The translations under genes were made by a program, and so were the position numbers. Below, piece by piece: positions 1 to 8,244 of a stretch of DNA of 20,000 bases. This stretch comes from an uncultured virus (IMG/VR IMGVR_UViG_3300009436_000023) (lineage: Duplodnaviria > Heunggongvirae > Uroviricota > Caudoviricetes): the IMG/VR virus record IMGVR_UViG_3300009436_000023; one strand, written 5' to 3'. Below the pieces are notes generated by a model. That model was not told the DNA's origin. It did not search any database and was given only the letters and a program-made list of their open reading frames with translations. The stretch's first letter is position 1, and every line of letters begins with the position of its first letter.

Positions 1-165
1 TGCCAATCTGTCACCAGCAACAAACAAGTTACCCATGGGGTTTACTAGTTGTGGTGCTTCCAATGTGACGCCTGGGATAAATGCTTTCTGTGTGAAGAAC
101 TCTACGTTAGGCAAACGAGACACAGCCACAGTAAAGCCGATGGGTGATAGGTAATTAGTATTCAT
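1..165 (-). CDS. T4 gp3-like tail completion/sheath stabilizer protein (5' part; runs off the left edge)
   Basis: Manual translation from ATG at 165: MNTNYLSPIGFTVAVSRLPNVEFFTQKAFIPGVTLEAPQLVNPMGNLFVAGDRLA. The NxLSPxGF...PxVxFF...IPG...GDxL pattern matches gp3 of marine T4-like phages. An AGGA SD and a TATAAATA late promoter lie upstream. Confidence 0.75.
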   Translation of the reverse strand, partial: MNTNYLSPIGFTVAVSRLPNVEFFTQKAFIPGVTLEAPQLVNPMGNLFVAGDRLA

Positions 166-182
166 TTTCAAAACTTTCCTAT

Positions 183-211
183 TTGACAATCATTCTTTTC
201 TATGATACTAT
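183..211 (+). promoter_or_regulatory. sigma70-type early promoter for the topoisomerase gene
   Basis: TTGACA (183-188), 17-nt spacer, TGn-TACTAT (206-211). Confidence 0.7.
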
Positions 212-216
212 TTATA
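209..216 (-). promoter_or_regulatory. T4-type late promoter TATAAATA for the gp3-like gene
   Basis: + strand TATTTATA reads TATAAATA on the - strand, about 45 nt upstream of the gp3-like start. Confidence 0.7.
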
Positions 217-266
217 AATGTTACTAAATAAGGATTATTGATCAATCCTGAGAATAGCGAGGCCAC

Positions 267-2102
267 ATGGCAGAAGATTTTAAAATTTTAACAGCACGTC
301 AACACGTCAGAGAACGTATTGGCATGTATATGGGTTCAAGTTCCCTTGAGGAAGTTGAGCGATTTGTTATGGGTGAATGGAAAACTGCAAAGTACGTTCC
401 TGCACTATCTAAAATGGTAGATGAAATACTTGACAACTCAATCGATGAGGCAATTCGTACAAGCTTTAAACACGCCAATAAGATCGACGTATCAGTCAAG
501 ATGGATAACTCTATTACTATCTCTGACAACGGACGTGGTATCCCACATGAGGATGTGTTCGATGCAACCACCAAGAAGACTATAGCTAGGGCTACAGCGG
601 CTTGGACTAGAGTTAATGCGGGTACGTCTTTTGATGACGAACGTGTTACCATTGGCACGAATGGCGTTGGATCATCAGCTACTAACTTCCTATCAGCTAA
701 GTTCATTGGCAAAACTTGGTCTAATGGTACTATCCTTCAAGTGTCATGCACTAATGGTGCTGAAAAGATACGTGAGACAAAGAAAGAAAAGACTGGCAAT
801 GGTACTGAGGTGTCATTCGTACCAGACTTTGATTTGTTTGAGGTGAACAACCTTAATGATCTCGACACACTCGCTTTGCTTGAGGATCGTTTGATTGCAT
901 TGCAAATGGCTTTCCCTGAGATTGCTTTCTCTTTCAATAAGAAACGCATCAAGGTAAATAACCTTAAGAAATATTCTGAGATGTTCATCCAAGAGGGTGA
1001 AGCTTCTATTATTGAAAAGAGCGACAACCTCTCGTTCTTCATTGCATCCAGTGAAGACGGTTTCAGATCAAACTCATATGTCAATGGTGTGAACACACGC
1101 CAAGGCGGCACATACGTTGACTTCGTGATGAATGGTATCGTTGACGAACTTGTTGTTAAGATCAAGCGTAAGTATAAGATCGAAATGGCTAAGATCACAA
1201 TCAAGAGTGGGTTATCGTTCGTGATGTTCAGTCGTAACTTTGTCAATCCGAAGTTTGATTCACAAACAAAAGAGCGTTTGACAAATCCAATGGGTAATGT
1301 CAAAGCACATTATCTTGAGTCTGGCGTTAAGGACTTTGTGTTCTATTCGCAAAAGATCATGAATACACCTTCGATCATCGAACCAATCATTGAGGCTCAG
1401 TTGGCTAAGAAGTTAGCGCAAGATAAACGAGCCGCTACTCTAGCTCAAAAGAACCTTCGCAAGGTAAAGGTAGCCAAGCACATTGCCGCTAACAAGCCCT
1501 CAGCAACACTTAAGATTGTCGAGGGAGATTCTGCCATGGGGTTCCTACTGAAAGTTCGTAACGCCGATAAGGTGGGCGCTATGCCGCTCAGAGGGGTTAT
1601 TATGAATACGTGGGACATGAAGCCAGCAGACGTTCTCAAGAACAAAGAGTTGTCTGAGTTGGTTGCTGTACTTGGTTTGAATATCAATGATCCAGATAGC
1701 GTAGACAATATGCAATATGAGAACATCGCAACTCTTACAGATGCTGACCACGATGGTATCGGACACATCAGTCCATTGCTGATTGCTTTCTTCTATAAGT
1801 TTTGGCCTAGACTGCTATCTGAGCGAAGAGTTAAGATTACTCGAACACCAATTATGATCTCAACTAAAGATAAGAAGGTGAAGTGGTTCTACGGATACGA
1901 AGAAGCATCGAAGTTCAAAACAGACAACCCATCTGGTTGGAAGCATCGTTACATTAAGGGGCTTGGCTCTTTGACTGAAGAAGAATATGATGTGATTATT
2001 AACAAACCAAAGTACGACACTGTTACCGTTGACGATGCGTCTATGTTCCAAATGATGTTTGGTAAAGATTCGGCACTACGTAAACAGTTCATGTTTTCGT
2101 AG
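267..2102 (+). CDS. Type IIA DNA topoisomerase large subunit (T4 gp39+gp60-like, GyrB-like GHKL ATPase + TOPRIM)
   Basis: HVRERIGMYMG, EILDNSIDE, DNGRGIP, GTNGVG, PKFDSQTKERL, VEGDSA, PLRG, TDADHDG, YIKGLGS. Confidence 0.96.
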   Translation: MAEDFKILTARQHVRERIGMYMGSSSLEEVERFVMGEWKTAKYVPALSKMVDEILDNSIDEAIRTSFKHANKIDVSVKMDNSITISDNGRGIPHEDVFDATTKKTIARATAAWTRVNAGTSFDDERVTIGTNGVGSSATNFLSAKFIGKTWSNGTILQVSCTNGAEKIRETKKEKTGNGTEVSFVPDFDLFEVNNLNDLDTLALLEDRLIALQMAFPEIAFSFNKKRIKVNNLKKYSEMFIQEGEASIIEKSDNLSFFIASSEDGFRSNSYVNGVNTRQGGTYVDFVMNGIVDELVVKIKRKYKIEMAKITIKSGLSFVMFSRNFVNPKFDSQTKERLTNPMGNVKAHYLESGVKDFVFYSQKIMNTPSIIEPIIEAQLAKKLAQDKRAATLAQKNLRKVKVAKHIAANKPSATLKIVEGDSAMGFLLKVRNADKVGAMPLRGVIMNTWDMKPADVLKNKELSELVAVLGLNINDPDSVDNMQYENIATLTDADHDGIGHISPLLIAFFYKFWPRLLSERRVKITRTPIMISTKDKKVKWFYGYEEASKFKTDNPSGWKHRYIKGLGSLTEEEYDVIINKPKYDTVTVDDASMFQMMFGKDSALRKQFMFS

Positions 2103-2106
2103 GGGG

Positions 2107-2135
2107 TTGACAAGGTATGGACAGGGTGATAAACT
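2107..2135 (+). promoter_or_regulatory. sigma70-type early promoter
   Basis: TTGACA (2107-2112), 17-nt spacer, TGn-TAAACT (2130-2135). Confidence 0.55.
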
Positions 2136-2305
2136 TTATTCATTGGTATCGACAGTTAAAAGCTGAAGGTGTGGAGATGGGTTGGGATACTAAAGAGTTA
2201 GCCTACCACACAAGATACAATACATGGAACTGTTTACGTTGGGCAATTATGAACAGCGGAACACATTATACGGATGGGAGTTATTTCGATGAGCAAGATT
2301 GGTAA
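2117..2305 (+). CDS. hypothetical protein
   Basis: 62-aa ORF between the topoisomerase genes. The start lies inside the predicted promoter, so the true start may be downstream or it is read from the upstream transcript. Confidence 0.5.
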   Translation: MDRVINFIHWYRQLKAEGVEMGWDTKELAYHTRYNTWNCLRWAIMNSGTHYTDGSYFDEQDW

Positions 2306-2408
2306 TTACGTAGTTGAGCTACAAGAGCAAATGACTGAAGAAGAAGCGCAAGCACAATACGAAGAAGAGTATGAGCCTTGCTTTGAATCAGATGAGGACG
2401 GTAGATGA
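2289..2408 (+). CDS. small acidic hypothetical protein (39 aa, not in ORF track)
   Basis: MSKIGNYVVELQEQMTEEEAQAQYEEEYEPCFESDEDGR. GGGAG SD at 2276-2280; the stop overlaps the gp52 start (ATGA). Confidence 0.65.
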   Translation: MSKIGNYVVELQEQMTEEEAQAQYEEEYEPCFESDEDGR

Positions 2409-3751
2409 GTTTACTAGAATTTACAAAAGATGATAAGTCCACTACGGACTATCCGATTAGCAATGTTGCCAAGAACGAATGGCTTGACTTTGCTATGTAC
2501 ACGGTTGAGTCTCGTGCCATTCCAAATATGATCGATGGACTAAAGCCAGTTCAGCGGTTCTATTTGTATTCATCTTTGCTAAACTCTAAGCGAGACTTCA
2601 AGAAAGTATCAGCGGTTTCTGGTATTATCTCTGACTATGGGTATAACCACGGTGAAACTTCAGCCGCAGGTGCTGGTCAGTTAATGGCGGCTTCTTGGAA
2701 TAACAATGTCTGCCTTGTAGAGGGCAGAGGTTCATTCGGTACTAGACTTATACAACAAGCGGGTGCGGCACGTTATGTATACACACGTGTGCATAAAAAC
2801 TTTGAAACATATATCAAAGACCTTGAGTTGTCACCAGTACATGATGATCCAGAGCATGAGCCACCATCATTCTATTTGCCTGTACTACCTTTAGTATTGG
2901 CTAATGGTGCTAAGGGTATCGCTACAGGCTTTGCTACTAGCATTTTACCAAGAAGTACAAAGCATCTTGCCAAAGCAGTTAAAGAATATCTTGCGAAAGG
3001 TTCTATTGCACGAAAGCTTCCTATCACCTTTCCAGACTTTAGTGGCAAGGTAGAATACAACAAAGAAGAAGATAAGTACCAAGTCATCGGTACGTTCGAG
3101 CGCAAAAGCAAAACTGTAATGGTTATCACTGAAGTACCTTATGGATTTGACCGTGAGGGTTACATCAAGGTGCTTGACACATTGGAAGACAATAACGACA
3201 TTGTTTCATACGAAGACAAATGTGATAAGACTGGGTTTTGTTTTGAAATCAAACTTAAGCTTGCTTCTGCCAATGCTTGGACTGATGAACGCATCATCCG
3301 TAAGTTTAAGTTGAGCAAACCTCTGACTGAGAACCTTACTGTGATCGACCAGAATGGTAAGCTACGTGAATATAAAGATGAGCGTGAACTAATTAAAGAT
3401 TTTGTCGATTACCGCTTGACTGTCTTGCAAAAAAGAATTAATCTACGAAAGAAACAAGAGACTGAAGAATCACGTTGGCTCAAAGTTAAGATGCAGTTTA
3501 TCCAAGCAGTGCTAGATGGGACAATTCAGTTTAAAAACAAAAAGAAAGATGTTATTGCTACACAGATATTAAAAGTTACTGATGCATTAGAATTAGATGT
3601 TGACAAACTTCTCAGAATCAATATGCTATCACTGACGGACGAAATGGTTAAAGACCTCAAACAACAAATCGAGAGTTCTAAAGACCGACTAAAATTTTGG
3701 AAAGCAACAACGCCTAAAGATCAATTCGAAATCGACTTATCGGAGATTTAA
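2405..3751 (+). CDS. Type IIA DNA topoisomerase medium subunit (T4 gp52-like, GyrA-like)
   Basis: RAIPNMIDGLKPVQR, YNHGETS, GRGSFG, catalytic AARY, EPPSFYLPVLPLVLANGAKGIATGF, ITEVP. Confidence 0.96.
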   Translation: MSLLEFTKDDKSTTDYPISNVAKNEWLDFAMYTVESRAIPNMIDGLKPVQRFYLYSSLLNSKRDFKKVSAVSGIISDYGYNHGETSAAGAGQLMAASWNNNVCLVEGRGSFGTRLIQQAGAARYVYTRVHKNFETYIKDLELSPVHDDPEHEPPSFYLPVLPLVLANGAKGIATGFATSILPRSTKHLAKAVKEYLAKGSIARKLPITFPDFSGKVEYNKEEDKYQVIGTFERKSKTVMVITEVPYGFDREGYIKVLDTLEDNNDIVSYEDKCDKTGFCFEIKLKLASANAWTDERIIRKFKLSKPLTENLTVIDQNGKLREYKDERELIKDFVDYRLTVLQKRINLRKKQETEESRWLKVKMQFIQAVLDGTIQFKNKKKDVIATQILKVTDALELDVDKLLRINMLSLTDEMVKDLKQQIESSKDRLKFWKATTPKDQFEIDLSEI

Positions 3752-4147
3752 ATGTACTACACTGCATACGCCAAGCCAAAGATTATAACAAACAAGCTAA
3801 TGGACAAAGTTGTCGTGTTTGCTTGTGACTTTCTTAATCTTGACGTTGACCTTGAAATAGAATTCAAGGGCGTAGAGAATGGTGGGTATGTTGACTTTGA
3901 AGAAGGTGAAGACATCGTTGTCGGTATCAATCCAGATCAAAGTAAGAACGAACTAATCCGTACTATCTTTCATGAGATGGTTCACGTTAAGCAGTATGTT
4001 GAAGGTGACTTGTCTCACGAAAATTCAGATAATCTCTGGAAAGGTGAGGTTGTTGATGTTCCTTATTCAGATCGTCCATGGGAGAAAGAAGCTTATGAGC
4101 AAGAAGAAGCTATGTGGCACATCTTTACAAAAGAGGTTGGACTATGA
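3752..4147 (+). CDS. HExxH zincin-like putative metallopeptidase
   Basis: TIFHEMVHVKQY plus PYSDRPWEKEAY. Confidence 0.7.
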   Translation: MYYTAYAKPKIITNKLMDKVVVFACDFLNLDVDLEIEFKGVENGGYVDFEEGEDIVVGINPDQSKNELIRTIFHEMVHVKQYVEGDLSHENSDNLWKGEVVDVPYSDRPWEKEAYEQEEAMWHIFTKEVGL

Positions 4148-4527
4148 TAATTGACGTTGCAGTCAACGAAAAATATGATGCTCTTTTGGATGACTTTGTT
4201 TACTACATCTGCAAGCATTTTGGTATTATCCCACGGAAGATTTCTATAGAAACTGCTGACCTAGTTGGTAACAGAGGGATGTGCTTTGATGACGATGATG
4301 GAGAGTTTACTATCTTGGTAAAAACAAATGATGATATGGGACAGACTTTCGCAACTGTTGCGCATGAGATGATCCATGTTAAACAATATATGACACAAAA
4401 TCTTGGTCAGATACTTGACGAAAGTACGGCAATGCCGTATGATTCGCGGTGGTGGGAAGATGAAGCTTTTAATGGTGCGGTTCCTCTTGTGGAATCTTTT
4501 GCAACTAAGATCAAACTTTCTAGTTGA
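4144..4527 (+). CDS. HExxH zincin-like putative metallopeptidase (paralog of the previous gene)
   Basis: TVAHEMIHVKQY plus PYDSRWWEDEAF. Start placed at ATG 4144 (GAGG SD, ATGA overlap). Confidence 0.7.
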   Translation: MIIDVAVNEKYDALLDDFVYYICKHFGIIPRKISIETADLVGNRGMCFDDDDGEFTILVKTNDDMGQTFATVAHEMIHVKQYMTQNLGQILDESTAMPYDSRWWEDEAFNGAVPLVESFATKIKLSS

Positions 4528-4552
4528 CACCACCCAACCACTAGTGTATTAT
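4524..4552 (+). promoter_or_regulatory. sigma70-type early promoter
   Basis: TTGACA (4524-4529), 17-nt spacer, TATTAT (4547-4552). Confidence 0.7.
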
Positions 4553-4580
4553 ACACTTAATCGAAAGAAAAGGAAAACAA

Positions 4581-4811
4581 ATGAGTATCGACTTAACATT
4601 CTTTGAGGTAACGGATACCCAAAAACAAGTGGCTAATCTTGGTCGCAAGATGATGGAGTATTCGGAGAACTACAAAGACTCTGATATTCCCTTGGAAATT
4701 CTTAATGCAATGTCTCGTGTCGGAGAAAATCTTGCTGAAAATGCTTATGATAAAGTAAAGCTAGATGAGATCGATACTATGGTTGTTAAATATGCTAGGA
4801 GAGTGTTATGA
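4581..4811 (+). CDS. hypothetical early protein
   Basis: AAGGA SD; 76 aa; coupled to the next ORF. Confidence 0.75.
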   Translation: MSIDLTFFEVTDTQKQVANLGRKMMEYSENYKDSDIPLEILNAMSRVGENLAENAYDKVKLDEIDTMVVKYARRVL

Positions 4812-5056
4812 GTGAGTTGGGCTTTGAAACTTCATATGAAGATGAAGTGACAGTTGAAATTATGGATTGGGCTTTGGATACAATGCCAGATGAAGTAAAA
4901 GGCATGACACTAGAAGAAGTTGCAGATAAATATTGGGAAGTACACTTGAGTAGTACGCCAGATGAAGATGCCTTTTCTGTATTACCCGACTTCGATGATG
5001 ATGCTCTAACAGACTTAACAAAAACATATGGGAATCAACCAAATGAAAAATTTTAA
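4808..5056 (+). CDS. highly acidic hypothetical protein
   Basis: GGAG SD, ATGA overlap; about 23 D/E versus 4 K in 82 aa. Confidence 0.7.
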   Translation: MSELGFETSYEDEVTVEIMDWALDTMPDEVKGMTLEEVADKYWEVHLSSTPDEDAFSVLPDFDDDALTDLTKTYGNQPNEKF

Positions 5057-5519
5057 GAAATTAGTATTGGTAGCCGCTCTGGCTACTGCAACACAGGCTA
5101 CGGCAAACGAGAATGTAACAAACATTACAGTCTTTGATCATACTAAGACCGTAGTTACCAACAACCCTATTCAAGTTCGTGAATGTCGTGACGTAGAAGT
5201 CCCAGTTTATGAAAACTACCAAGGTGAAGGAGATGCCGCAGGCGGCGCATTTCTAGGAATGATCATTGGTGGCTTGCTTGGAAAAGGTGTTACTGGTGAT
5301 GATGGTGGTGCGGCGGCTGGAGCGGTGATCGGTGGATTAGTTGGTGCTGATAAAGGCGCAAAAGGTTCGAATGGTCAACGTATTGTAGGATATTCTTACG
5401 AAGAGCGTTGTAATATCGTGACTGAGAATCGTAGAGAAGAGCGAGAAGTATATAGCCACTCTACCATTCGTTTCCATCTTGGTGGTGAGCGTCACGTTTT
5501 AAAGTTTCAACGCCGATGA
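5043..5519 (+). CDS. secreted glycine-zipper 2TM (YcfJ-like) protein
   Basis: Signal peptide MKNFKKLVLVAALATATQATA, Cys pair, and GAFLGMIIGGLLG...GAAAGAVIGGLVG glycine zipper. Confidence 0.75.
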   Translation: MKNFKKLVLVAALATATQATANENVTNITVFDHTKTVVTNNPIQVRECRDVEVPVYENYQGEGDAAGGAFLGMIIGGLLGKGVTGDDGGAAAGAVIGGLVGADKGAKGSNGQRIVGYSYEERCNIVTENRREEREVYSHSTIRFHLGGERHVLKFQRR

Positions 5520-5617
5520 TAGATATTGTCGTAGCTAACCTAATCTTTTGGAGTTTGTATATTTTCATAGGTACAATTCCTTATCGTGTAATGCAGAAAG
5601 CAATTGACAATTCATGA
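5516..5617 (+). CDS. small membrane protein (33 aa, not in ORF track)
   Basis: MIDIVVANLIFWSLYIFIGTIPYRVMQKAIDNS; ATGA overlaps at both ends. Confidence 0.6.
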   Translation: MIDIVVANLIFWSLYIFIGTIPYRVMQKAIDNS

Positions 5618-5799
5618 GATACACATTAGAAAGAAACGGTAAAGTGGTACAACACATTGTAATGGTTGGTGCTGAGAAAAGTAACTTCAAGACCCCTACT
5701 GTGTTTGACCTTAAATTTGAAACATACGAAGCGGCTAATGAAGTAGCCGAAGTGTTAAAAGCCAAAGTTGTAGATAACCAAGCTACATTAGCGGCGTAA
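5614..5799 (+). CDS. hypothetical protein
   Basis: 61-aa ORF coupled to the upstream ORF and ending just before tRNA-Arg. Confidence 0.65.
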   Translation: MRYTLERNGKVVQHIVMVGAEKSNFKTPTVFDLKFETYEAANEVAEVLKAKVVDNQATLAA

Positions 5800-5805
5800 G
5801 AATTA

Positions 5806-5882
5806 GTTTCCTTAGCTCAGCTGGATAGAGCAACTGCCTTCTAAGCAGTAGGTCGTAGGTTCGAATCCTACAGGGAACGCCA
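5806..5882 (+). tRNA. tRNA-Arg (UCU)
   Basis: Acceptor GTTTCCT/AGGGAAC, D arm GCTC/GAGC, anticodon arm ACTGC-CTTCTAA-GCAGT, T arm GTAGG-TTCGAAT-CCTAC, encoded CCA. Confidence 0.95.
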
Positions 5883-5891
5883 AAACAGTGT

Positions 5892-5966
5892 GCGAGAGTA
5901 GCTTAGCGGTAGAGCAAGACGCTCATAACGTCCAGGTCGTAGGTTCGATCCCTACCTCTCGCACCA
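5892..5966 (+). tRNA. tRNA with CAU anticodon (elongator Met most likely; Ile2 not excluded)
   Basis: Acceptor GCGAGAG/CTCTCGC, anticodon loop CTCATAA, T loop TTCGATC, ACCA end. The paired 1:72 and lack of GGG/CCC in the anticodon stem argue against an initiator tRNA. Confidence 0.9.
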
Positions 5967-5970
5967 AGAA

Positions 5971-6166
5971 CGTGTTGGGTAGCACCGACTAGTATGGGTC
6001 AGCAAATCCCATATGATGAGAAGTGATTTAGCAGTCACAACAAAAGGCTTGATGGAAGTATCTCGGCAGGTGCATGTCGTTAGCAAGGTAGGGGTGGAGT
6101 TATACCAAAGAATATCTAACGTTCTACGATATTTGACTTTGAAACTCCTCTTGCGCACCACCCATA
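5971..6166 (+). ncRNA. candidate structured non-coding RNA (family unknown)
   Basis: Three short hairpins with AGCA-containing loops, then a five-helix interrupted rod (6069-6159), directly after the tRNAs. Confidence 0.5.
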
Positions 6167-6186
6167 ACTTTAACAAGGTAATAAGT

Positions 6187-6327
6187 ATGCGAAACATTTA
6201 CGAGAAAAAAGACCTGACAATAAAAGAACTTACAAAACTATTTTCTGATAATGATATCGATTATTTCATCAAATCAGTAGATGGATGCGTTGCCGCAATA
6301 CATTTTATCGTTAAGCCTGATGAGTAG
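6187..6327 (+). CDS. small hypothetical protein (46 aa)
   Basis: C-terminal part of track ORF 6013..6327; AAGGT SD before ATG 6187; overlaps the galE-like start. Confidence 0.6.
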   Translation: MRNIYEKKDLTIKELTKLFSDNDIDYFIKSVDGCVAAIHFIVKPDE

Positions 6328-7186
6328 GGTTCTTGTAACAGGAGCTACTGGATATGTAGGTAGCCACTTAGTTAAGCGTCTTGCTGAATATGGGCATGAG
6401 GTTCATGGTATTGACATTAACTTCCACGGTGAACATAACAATGTTGAAAAGTATTGTAGCTTAAAGCTACAGGATATCACATGGGTTATGAAGTATCGTT
6501 CAGAATACGATGCTGTTGTCCATCTTGCTGGTAGAAGTGTCGTACCACAAAGTCTTATTGAACCATCTGAGTATTACAGAGTGAATACGATGGGTACAGA
6601 TAATCTGTTTAATTATATCGATACACCCAACCTTATTTTTGCGAGTACGTCTAGTGCATTTGAAATGGCATCTCCATACGCACGATCTAAGGTAGCGGCT
6701 GAGGATATCATAAAGGAGAAGTCCAATGGGCATACTATTTTCCGCTTTTTTAATGTCTCTGGTTCTAATGGTGTTCATAGGCAACTTGGCTCTGCCACTC
6801 ATCTTATTCGTCGTTGTGCTATGGTTGCTGCTGGAAATCTTCCCCACATTGATATATTTGGCGTGGATTATCCTACTCGTGACGGTACTTGTATACGCGA
6901 TTATGTACATGTCAGTGATCTTAGTTCTGCTATAGCAAAATCAGTTGAGACTGGCGCACTAAATACTGAGTATGAGTGTTTGGGTGGTAATGTAGGTTAT
7001 ACTGTTCTTGAAGTTATTAGTGCAATGGAACGTGTGACAGGCAAGAAAATCAAGACTGTAATTCAAGGAAGACGACAGGGTGATGCAGTATCATCAGTTG
7101 TTGACAATCTGAGTAAATGTGTTACACTTACAAAGACTTTAGAGGATATGTGTTTGGATCAATATAAGTTGGAACTAACACTTTAA
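6320..7186 (+). CDS. galE: UDP-glucose 4-epimerase-like NAD-dependent epimerase
   Basis: VLVTGATGYVGSH, HLAG, YARSK (YxxxK), RFFNVSG, FGVDYPTRDGTCIRDYVHVSDL, RRQGD. Confidence 0.85.
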   Translation: MSRVLVTGATGYVGSHLVKRLAEYGHEVHGIDINFHGEHNNVEKYCSLKLQDITWVMKYRSEYDAVVHLAGRSVVPQSLIEPSEYYRVNTMGTDNLFNYIDTPNLIFASTSSAFEMASPYARSKVAAEDIIKEKSNGHTIFRFFNVSGSNGVHRQLGSATHLIRRCAMVAAGNLPHIDIFGVDYPTRDGTCIRDYVHVSDLSSAIAKSVETGALNTEYECLGGNVGYTVLEVISAMERVTGKKIKTVIQGRRQGDAVSSVVDNLSKCVTLTKTLEDMCLDQYKLELTL

Positions 7187-7261
7187 TGGGAAGTAGCTCA
7201 ATGGTAGAGCATCTGTTTTTGGTACAGAAGGTTGTAGGTTCGAGTCCTACCTTCCCAGCCA
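7187..7261 (+). tRNA. tRNA-Gln (UUG)
   Basis: Acceptor TGGGAAG/CTTCCCA with U1-A72 and G73 (Gln identity elements), anticodon arm TCTGT-TTTTGGT-ACAGA, T loop TTCGAGT, CCA. Confidence 0.93.
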
Positions 7262-7280
7262 AATTATAAGAGGAACTTAA

Positions 7281-7796
7281 GTGGCTGATGTTTTGATGTT
7301 AAATGCTGATGGTCAACCAGTCAGTTATCTACCACTTAGTACCATTAAATGGAAAGAAGCAATCATGTACATGTGGCACGATAAGTGTACTGTATTAGAT
7401 TGGTACGACGATTGGGTTGTAAGATCACCATCGTGGGAAACCAAAGTTCCATCTGTTATCATATTAAAAGATTATGTTCGCAAGAAAACCCAAGTGCGGT
7501 TCTCTAAAAATAACGTTTATCTAAGAGACTTGTATACTTGTCTGTATTGTGAACAGCACGTCAGTCGTTCCATGGCAACACTTGATCACGTCATACCACT
7601 TAGCTTGGGTGGCAAAACTACATGGGAAAACATCGCTACTGCGTGTAATAAATGTAATGGTATTAAAGCAAACAGGACAAATATGAAGCCAGTATATGTA
7701 CCATACCGCCCTGGTTATTACGAGTTAGTTCGTAAGAAAAAACAATTCGAGATCGAAGCTACGCATCCTTCTTGGGAAAAGTGGTTGACAAGCTAA
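7281..7796 (+). CDS. HNH endonuclease family protein
   Basis: RDLYTCLYC, TLDHVIPLSLGG, WENIATACNKCN; GTG start with GAGGA SD. Confidence 0.88.
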   Translation: MADVLMLNADGQPVSYLPLSTIKWKEAIMYMWHDKCTVLDWYDDWVVRSPSWETKVPSVIILKDYVRKKTQVRFSKNNVYLRDLYTCLYCEQHVSRSMATLDHVIPLSLGGKTTWENIATACNKCNGIKANRTNMKPVYVPYRPGYYELVRKKKQFEIEATHPSWEKWLTS

Positions 7797-7813
7797 ACGA
7801 ATCATAGTATTGG
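7785..7813 (+). promoter_or_regulatory. probable early promoter
   Basis: TTGACA (7785-7790) with a weak -10 (TATTGG at 17 nt), upstream of ORF 7843. Confidence 0.45.
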
Positions 7814-7842
7814 TTGTTCATCAACTATGAAAGGACGATGTT

Positions 7843-8244
7843 ATGACCTTCACCTATTGCGACGATTTAATCTCCGACTTCCACAAAGATGTGTATGGTT
7901 ACCGCCCACGTGAAAGTTTTTGGAATGAATGGGAAACCCTTACCCCAACCCAAAAGCAAACAATTTGGGATGAGTATGATCGTGTCAGTGAACTTCAAGT
8001 GATTGAAACCAAAGCGCAAGAAGAGCGTGACGTTGCTAAGTTTGAAGATCGTGTTCAAGATGTTATCAATATCGGCGCGGGCAATCGTAAGACTGCTTTG
8101 AAGTGGATCGCTGATAGCGAAACTTTCTACCACGGACAAGATGTTGAGCATTTTGTGTGGCAACAAGGTATCCTTTTCACAGGATATGGCAAACAACTAA
8201 TCAAAGATTTATTAGAAGTTGTTAAGTACAAGGAGTACGCATAA
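7843..8244 (+). CDS. phage hypothetical protein
   Basis: AAGGA SD; SDFHKDVYGYRPR motif resembles small early proteins of T4-like phages. Confidence 0.8.
   Translation: MTFTYCDDLISDFHKDVYGYRPRESFWNEWETLTPTQKQTIWDEYDRVSELQVIETKAQEERDVAKFEDRVQDVINIGAGNRKTALKWIADSETFYHGQDVEHFVWQQGILFTGYGKQLIKDLLEVVKYKEYA

Noticed and set aside
267..2102. T4 gene 60-style ribosomal bypass or split large subunit
   Set aside because: ATPase and TOPRIM motifs are in one continuous 611-aa ORF, the common state in T4-like phages.
299..3129. Antisense and alternate-frame ORFs within the topoisomerase genes (299..712, 616..846, 737..1303, 1445..1768, 2872..3129, etc.)
   Set aside because: They are shadow ORFs of strongly conserved genes, with no motifs of their own.
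5604..5632. TTGACA at 5604 as a promoter
   Set aside because: The -10 (TAGAAA) is poor and it lies inside coupled coding sequence.
6013..6150. Hammerhead ribozyme, tmRNA or an extra tRNA (TGATGAG...GAAAC; 3' GCACCA)
   Set aside because: The core reads ATGATGA rather than CTGATGA and the stems do not fit a hammerhead; no T-loop or tmRNA termini are visible.
6013..6186. N-terminal extension of track ORF 6013..6327 and antisense ORF 5952..6197
   Set aside because: There is a better SD/ATG at 6187, the region looks like structured RNA, and the antisense ORF overlaps a tRNA.
7281..7796. HNH as an intron-encoded homing endonuclease or the restriction partner of the MTase
   Set aside because: It is free-standing, the flanking tRNA is intact, no intron is evident, and it lies 5 kb from the MTase.
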